DNA of 64,000 nucleotides from Spirogloea muscicola (taxonomy: Eukaryota). The notes beneath the pieces are model-generated. The model was given only the letters and a program-made list of their open reading frames with translations. It was not told the origin of the DNA and made no database searches. A program made the position numbers and the translations under genes. The stretch spans positions 1,470,180-1,534,179 of the forward strand of contig WELB01000002.1 in the NCBI GenBank assembly GCA_009602725.1, in the 5' to 3' direction. Shown one piece after another: positions 57,083 to 64,000 of the stretch (its first letter is position 1; each line of letters begins with the position of its first letter).

Positions 57083-60000
57083 TCAAACATGACGGGCAGT
57101 GAGCCCTGGCAAAGCTGTGCCGCCAGCCAAGGCATCGGCAATAGTCAATGCAGCTACAGCCTTGCGCATGGCATCGTCAGCTACTGTATAAAAAGCACAA
57201 GCTCTGGCTCTCAAGTCCACGGCCCTCCGCCTCGTATTCCTCGCCACCATGGCTAGCATTCCAGGCCCGCCGGCGAGGTCTGTCCCCCTGTAGACCTTGG
57301 CCTTCTTCTGCTGCCTTGCTGGGGCAGACACGCCAGCCAGCACCGGAACCAGCTCTGCCTTCCCTTCGGCTGTCAACGCAGGAGACTGCAGTACAGGCTT
57401 GGCATCTGCAGGCCAAGCTCCGAAGCTCGTGGTCTTTGATGGAGGAGCATCTCCATCTCCAACAGCATGGCAGTTGTCAACTGGAGAAGCTGCAACTTGC
57501 AAGGAGGGAGGGTCGCCACTAGCGTACTGAACCTCAAGCAACGAGGCAGATGCCACACCCTCCGCTTTTAAGTCCTCACAAGACTGGCGGCACCTGCCTT
57601 CCACATCCATGGAAGCCATGGCACAGTTTAGCTCCTCCGGCAGTGCAGAAATGTTGAGGGACTCTGCACGAGCCACAAGAGCCAACGTGTCAGCTACTGC
57701 AGAAACAACTAGTTGGTACTTGTCCTGGATACAAGAAAGACAATGAATTGCGCCATACCACTGCACAAACGTGCACTTTATCATCACTTCTGCACTACTA
57801 AACAGAAGCATGGCCAGCTAGGATACCATGCATACTGACCTTGAAGGCTTTCCACCTTCCTCTTCCGCAGTAGTTGCCTCTTCCCTGGACTGCTCCCAAC
57901 AGGGCTGCAGATAGAATGCTTGAAACCACGTGCTCGAGGGGAAGGCAAGGCGTACGCTCCAGAGGACCTTGCCTCTGCACTTTTGCCAGCTTCTGAAGCC
58001 TGGCGATCAGGCTGCCTCTTGTGAGAGCGCTGCCTGTGCAGCCTGCTAGAGTCTAGCCCCCGAGGTCGCAAGCAGAATGCAAAGAGTGGCGGCCGCTGCG
58101 GCTTCCCTGGTGACTGAGGAACTTCCTTCGAAGGAAGCCTGGTCAAGTCTGCTGCTTTAAAACCCTTGGGTGTGGTGGAGGCATTGCCAGTACGGGGCAG
58201 TTCCGCTTGCGATCCTTCCGTGTCTACCTTGGCCTGCCACTCCTGCAACTTCCACTGGTACTGCACCCATGGCGGAGGCTGCACACACAACAATGACCGC
58301 GAAGTTGCTGCATAAGACAGTGAGGTAAGCTGCCAAATACCAAGTGCAAGGACATCGTACCATGCAAATCATGTCTTACTATGGATGGCTGGAATCCTGG
58401 CTGAGGCGAATGTACATGCTTGCTTTGTCCATTACGAACAAATCTCCAGCAATGGTCACAAGCAAACCATCCTTCCGGAATTAGTGCATAGCAATACCAG
58501 CTAACCAGCACTACTGTCCAACTTGACCAGCAGAAGACTGGGAACAAAGGCACATGCTTGGAAACCTGAAAGTAGCGGACAAGCGGAAGATCTTTCGCCT
58601 GCCGTCTCTCCAGCCAACGGCCATGCAGCAGCGCCACCACCTTAGGAGTGGCAACCCCCTCACAGAGATCCACAGCAGCTTCCAAGCCAACAGGCTGTTG
58701 CAACGAGTAAGAGGCCTTCTCTAACTGATCAAAGACAAGCTCGTACTCATCCTCAGCAATCTTGTTCTGCAGCCTCAAGCCTCGTGGACCCATAGCCCTC
58801 TTCTGATTGACAGCAGCCAGCCATTCCTCGTCATCACTGTCCATATCATACACAATCCGAGTGCTAGACAGTGCCGACTCTGACTCGGATTGGCCACCTC
58901 GTATGTATCTTCCAGCAGGCCGGGAGAATCTTGGTCCATGGTGCAGCTGCGCATAATCCAACACCTCCTTCACACCTGGTATCGGAATCTGTCGCAGCGC
59001 TGCAGCTTGCAGATTACGCCGGTAGCAATCATCGTGATAGTCCTTGAATTGGAGCCAGGCCTTGCGGTCCTCAAACTCCAGACTCCACGCTTTGTCACTG
59101 CGCCAGACTATTCTGTTACTGCATCGATTTGTACTTGAGGTGCTTCCCAGCTGCTCACTCTTGTACGTGAACATGACTCCCCCTCGAACAACCACAGCCA
59201 AGTACCACGCCCTCTTGGGATCGCAGCGGAGCTCAACTGCTGCATGCCTCTCTCGCCAGCCCCGATCAGATTGGATGACGAGAACATTTGCCCTGCAGAC
59301 ATCTGATTCTGGGCTTGACGACCTCTTCTCACCAGTCTGCGGTGTGTCTGAGGGCTCGGCCTGTCCTCCAATCACAGGGCTAGGCTGTTTCAAGGCTCCC
59401 CGAAGTCGTGGCCTCAACGAAGTATTTGCTGCTGCCGGTCTTGGAGACGTACTTGTGTTGTGCATGGAACTCAGGGCTTGAGGTGTAGCCACCTTTCCCA
59501 GCCAGAGGTCAGCACCCTGTGGGAGCATGTCCACTGCCGATGGGGAGTGGGATGGAAGGTCCAGAGCAGGAGCCCTTGCCTGCGCATCTGGCAACTGCTT
59601 GGTCTCTGCTGCAAGTGCCGTGACAACCTTGGGACTAGCCTGCTGCGGAGAGGGTAGCTGCTCCGCAACTTGCCAGACGGCTTTGTTGGCAGGGCAGCGC
59701 TTCAACTTCAAAAGGCCAACCCTGGGAGCCTGCTCACCTGGCGCCACCTCATTTGAGCACAGTGTAGTCACTCCGGATGCTGGCGCTACAGGGACCTTGG
59801 GCACAGCACCAGCGGTGCTCTTCTCTTGCTTCGCCCTGTCCTTCTGGTGCCTCCCTTTCCAAGCCTTGACAGGTGGTGCATGCGGCGTGGCTCCATTCTG
59901 CTTGCTGTCCAGATGTTGCTCTGCATTCGCCTCACCACACTCCGCCTCGGTTGTGCACTCCTTCCCTGCTTTCACAGCTGTACTTACAGAGCCCTCGGCA

Positions 60001-61207
60001 GCCTCTGCTGCTGCTGCAGCCCTCGCGGCCCTCCGTGTGAAGGACATCTTTGGAGCAGGTGTAGGAGGAGGCATCTGCTTGTCACTCCTAGGACTGACTG
60101 CTGTTGCCTCGACCTTCCTGGTCACAACACCCTGCGGCTGCCTGTCAAGCCCCTGAAGTTTGGCATTCCTTCTCTCCACTGAATCCATGGCTTCAACATC
60201 AACCTCCTGAAGCTCATCAAAAGCTGCAGAACTGACTGAAAGTGCCAAGTCAAGCCGCCCTGCCTTTGCTCTGAGTGGCAGATTCAGAGTAATCTCAGCT
60301 GTCTTATGCTTCGCATGATCTGGCCATTGTCTGACTGAATCAGTCCTTGCCGCAGACAGCACTTCGTCCACTTGAGGCAGAGCCGCAGGGAGCACTTGGT
60401 CCACGTGAGGCGCAACAACATCCACCTCCCTCACCTCCCCGTTCACAGCTTGTCGGAGCGGATCTGCGTGTGCCTGGACAATCAGTGCAAGAGGATGATA
60501 ACAATCAGGAGATATCTCAGGAAAGTGAAGAGGAGCTAATGTACACGGTTGGAGTTAAAAGAGTACAAACGATACGCTAGCAACAATGGTAAGATCGATG
60601 GAAGATCATGACAGTTTGGCATCAGCAATGTCCGTCGAGGTCAGTTGCTATTACTGACCTGAGCTTCCTCCAAGCCAAGGGCGCGGGGATACCCTCCTCT
60701 AGTTGCCGGCTCGCTCTGCACCTTCCGCTGCGACGCTGCTGCCATTTCGTCCCGGCTTCCAGACACCTCCGGTTGCCGTTCTTTGATCGCAGTTTGGCCT
60801 GGTCGGAGTATAGCCGGCTCTCCGCCACGAACCTGCAGCTTGAATGTCTCCTTGTCCAGCTTGAGCCACTCCTCATCCCCATCGTCATAGACAACCCTGT
60901 GCTCCTGCCTCCTGCTGTTGTACGCCCTCACAACTCCAAAGAAATACTTGGCCTCCATGGGCCAGAAGACCTTGATCCTGCGGCCCACAATCTTAGGGCC
61001 ATCGCTAGGCGTGAGGCAAACTTGCTGCAGGGGCCCGGGCCGCTTGGATTGGGGCTTCTGGCACTCTGGGGCTGGTCGCTTGGCCCGCAGGACGCGGCGC
61101 TCCGTGTGGAGTTGGGCCTTGGCGTCGACGATGACCATCTCGGGCAGGACGGGCTGGCCGGAGAGCATGCTGCTCTCAGCATCGTGCCAAGGGGGCGCCA
61201 CGGTCAT
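57083..61207 (-). CDS. Tudor plus EPL1 domain enhancer-of-polycomb-related protein (EPCR-like); start codon uncertain (61207 or 61168)
   Basis: Tudor IVGRRIKVFWP..YFFGVVRAYN..HRVVYDDGDEEWLKL; CRANVLVIQSDRGWRE; WSLEFEDRKAWLQFKDYHDDCYRRN..IPIPGV; EPL1 YDMDSDDEEWL; PLVRYFQ|PPPW. Confidence 0.88.
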
Positions 61208-61691
61208 CGGCAGGCCCCACCGCCGCCGCCGGCTGCAGGCGGGGGCGTTCCGCCTAGATGTCGACGGAGGCGTCGTCGTCGTCTCGCCGGCCCCGGCGCG
61301 GCCGACCGACGGCCCGGCGACGCGCGGACGCGCGGGGAGGCGGCGGCAGCTCCGCCATGGCGGCCGGCAGGCGCAGATGAAGGGGCGGTGGTGATGGGTG
61401 TGGGGGGAGTGGCGGGAGAAAAGCCGTGGGAGGAGGGAGGTGGGGGGGAGGGGGGGTTGGAAACCTCGGCCCCCGGGTGGGGTGGGTGCCGCTGGCGCAG
61501 CAATCACGCTCCAAACAGGAGCCCCGCGAAATGCGCGCCCCTCTCGAAAATGACACCCTCGAAAATCCGTCGTCAAACCCTCCCCCCCCCGCGCCAATAT
61601 CCCCGCCGGCGGCCCGCGGCGCCATTGGCCGGCGTGCGGCCCCCCCGCCGGCGGCCGCCACGTCGGCGGGCGCCCCGGGGTTTGCCCCCTC

Positions 61692-64000
61692 GCCAGCCCC
61701 TCTTCTCTATGGGCGCGCACTTCTTACCTCGCTCGCCGCCTGCGCGTGTGAGCGCGCCCCCGCCACGGCCGTGGTAAAAAGAAAGAAATTGCCCGCCCAC
61801 AGAGGGTAGGGGCTGGGAAAGAAGAAGAAGTGGCTCTCCCTGTGTGTGTCGCTGCTTAGCTCGTAGTTTTGGCCCCTTCGAACCTTGTCAATTCTTTTCG
61901 GGCTGGCTTCTCACAGCCCTTGCCCTCATTGGGAGAGCCACTTCTTCCCAGTGGGGGCAAGGGCTGTGAGAAGTCAGCCCGAAAAGAATAGACAACGGTG
62001 CGAAGGGGCAAAAGCCAAATGACGGAGGAGCCTAAAGAGAAGTGGCTCTCCCAATGTAAGGTTTCGTGTATTTGAAACAAACGAACGCCAAATGGCCAAG
62101 TACAAAGGCAAGCACATCTTAAGACCTACATAACCTACAGTAGATTGACCCGCTCAGAAACCACGGGTCAAAACATAAAGGTCGCTAACCGATGCCTGGA
62201 TACTAGATGGCAGATACGAAGCCCTTCTGCCACCAACTAGAGCTCGCCCAGCTTTCTGGTGCAAAGCATTAGCCTGAGCACGCTGCAAACAGGCCGAAAC
62301 TCGTCGTCGCAACAACGACAGATAAGCAGCTGGCAAGCCCATCTCAGCCGGGAACACATCTGCATGTCGTGTGTAGCCTAGATTGGCTATGTTTTGAAGG
62401 AGAGTAAGGAAACGAGGACCTAAGCAGCCAAAGATGTCGATTGCTGCTGGCAAGAGCTGATCACATCGGGGGTAATCGGAGTAGTGCTGCAACTTTCTTT
62501 GTTCAGCACTGCCCACTGCGTGGCCAGCGATGTGTGTCGATGCTGGACCTTTATAGGCCTCCGTAACCACAATATCGACCAAAGCCCTTGGTCCTCCACC
62601 AGGTTGCACGCCCACAATGTCAAGTGTGCGGCGATGATGACGTCCCTGGGCATCCGTGGTGATAGGCATGATGTTGTTCACTTCCACGACCGCACGGTAC
62701 CCGGCGTCGCGCATCAAACCCGCCAGAGCATCACGGAGGAGGTTGTGGATGCCCACCACTTCTGGTCCAGTGGGGCATCGCAGCATGTGAGTGGCGAGCT
62801 CAGCACTCTCTGCGCGGAAGCCGCACTCACACTGGCGCACCCCAATCAGGCACTTAGGTGGGAGGCCGAGGACGAGTTGAAGCGACGTCCGAAAGGCCTC
62901 GGAGCTGATGCTGAAGGCGCTGGCCACGGCGTGTGAGGTGATCCAGTCTGTGGCTCCAGGTGTGGCGAGGGAAGTAAGTCTTGCCAGGCAAGGGCTGTGA
63001 GAAGCCAGCCCGAAAAGAATGGACAAGGTTCGAAGGGGCCAAAGTACGAGCTAAGCAGCGACTGTGGGGCCTGAAGAGGCTGTGGCAGAAGGGGGGAGGA
63101 TGGACCACTAAAAGGAGCCTAAAAGCGCTAAGCGGCTACAAAGGGGCCTGCAGATGCTCTGTCAGAACGGGGGAGGATGGACCACTCAGTAACTACGACT
63201 GAGGAGCCTCAAATCCGCCAGACTAGCTGCCGGATAACTATCCCCTTGACGAAAGCCGGAGGCCGCAGCGAGAGCACGGCCAGCACGCAGATGCAAGGCG
63301 TTTTCCGGCTCCTCTTTCTTTGGCTTTGGACATTGTCCATTCATTTTTGGAGCACTTCCAAGGTGTGGGCCACGGACCGCTGAAGGAAGAAGCAAGTGCT
63401 CGCCCATAGAGAAGAGAGAAGAGGGGCTGGCAAAGCCAGCCCAAAAACGAATGGACAATGTCCGAAGCCAAAGAAAGAGGAGCCGGGAAAAGGACTACAC
63501 TACAAAACACTGCAAAAGACATAGACGATGCAGAGGGCAGCTCAGTACCCACGAGTGAGCAACATCAGGTCTGAGTAGCTCGCTGCAGGGAAAGGAAGCT
63601 CGCTGAAGGGAGACGGACAATCGCATATGAAATACCTGAGCCCACGAGCCAGCGCCGTTAAAGAGAAGGGCTCGCCCATTGAGGATAGGGGCTGGAAAAA
63701 GCCAGCCCAGAAAAGAATGAACGGACGAGAAGGGGCCAGGGAAAGTACGAAGAACAACAAGCACTAAGAAGAAACGAAGCAGCTACGAAGCACTCAGTAA
63801 CCCCTGCTAAGCAGCCTCAGGTCAGAGAGACTGGGTTCCTGGAAGCGGGTCCACTGGCCAGAGCCAGAGGCAGCAGCGAGGGCTCTGCCTGCACGCAGGT
63901 GCAGCGCGCGGGCCATAGACCTCTGCAGCGAGACGGCCAAGCGCATGCGGTACACCTGCGCTAGCGACCCTGCTGCATGGGAGTCCACCGGCTCCCCATG
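61692..64000. mobile_element. Second array of retrotransposon 3' fragments upstream of the EPCR-like gene
   Basis: ORF termini at 62154, 63186, 63542 and 63794 (all minus strand), several terminal hairpin motifs, and an inverted pair at 61872-62009. Confidence 0.88.
62062..62987 (-). mobile_element. Longest retrotransposon fragment: zinc knuckle plus restriction-like endonuclease (CRE-like clade)
   Basis: GATDWIT..FRTSLQLVLGLP, CECG..HMLRC..IHNLLRD (CCHC), E..RTLDIVG..LVDIVVTE, AEQRKLQHY, PAAIDIFGCLG and RRRVSACLQRAQA. No RT domain is present in the window. Confidence 0.88.

Noticed and set aside
62988..63026. N-terminus of the 290-aa ORF as a real start
   Set aside because: These bases are another copy's 3' UTR hairpin fused to a 5'-truncated ORF; the same applies to the starts of ORFs 24654-25298 and 25320-25889.

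Overview
Eukaryotic, intron-rich nuclear DNA, most likely from a streptophyte (charophyte-grade) green alga: the genes are land-plant-like, first exons are extremely GC-rich, and there are two N gaps. I can support 14 host genes: a WBP2/UPF0664-like first exon (-), OSCA4/GFS10-type CSC1 channel (-), ISCU (+), RAF1 (-), 3-dehydroquinate synthase II (+), NSUN5 (-), a FAN/NSMAF-like BEACH protein with ARM repeats (+), myotubularin (-), an uncharacterised green-lineage protein with a possible PPPDE-like His/Cys pair (+), GlcNAc kinase (-), a prokaryotic-type NADP isocitrate dehydrogenase (+), TFB5 (-), SERF/4F5 (+) and a Tudor/EPL1 enhancer-of-polycomb-related protein (-). Intergenic DNA is dominated by dozens of short 3' ends from several subfamilies of one REL-endonuclease (CRE-like) non-LTR retrotransposon, packed into arrays at about 24-29.5 kb and 61.7-64 kb. 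Highlights: (1) the IDH has a cyanobacterial-type insertion and an in-frame TAG just before its conserved terminal helix and a -SRL peroxisomal signal; (2) the concatemeric multi-subfamily retro 3'-end arrays sit next to promoters; (3) a BEACH-ARM architecture; (4) 13 consecutive genes alternate strand; (5) a U12 intron; (6) a duplicated exon end that creates two in-frame splice donors. Gene identities come from recalled family motifs, not database searches. CDS coordinates are gene spans including introns.
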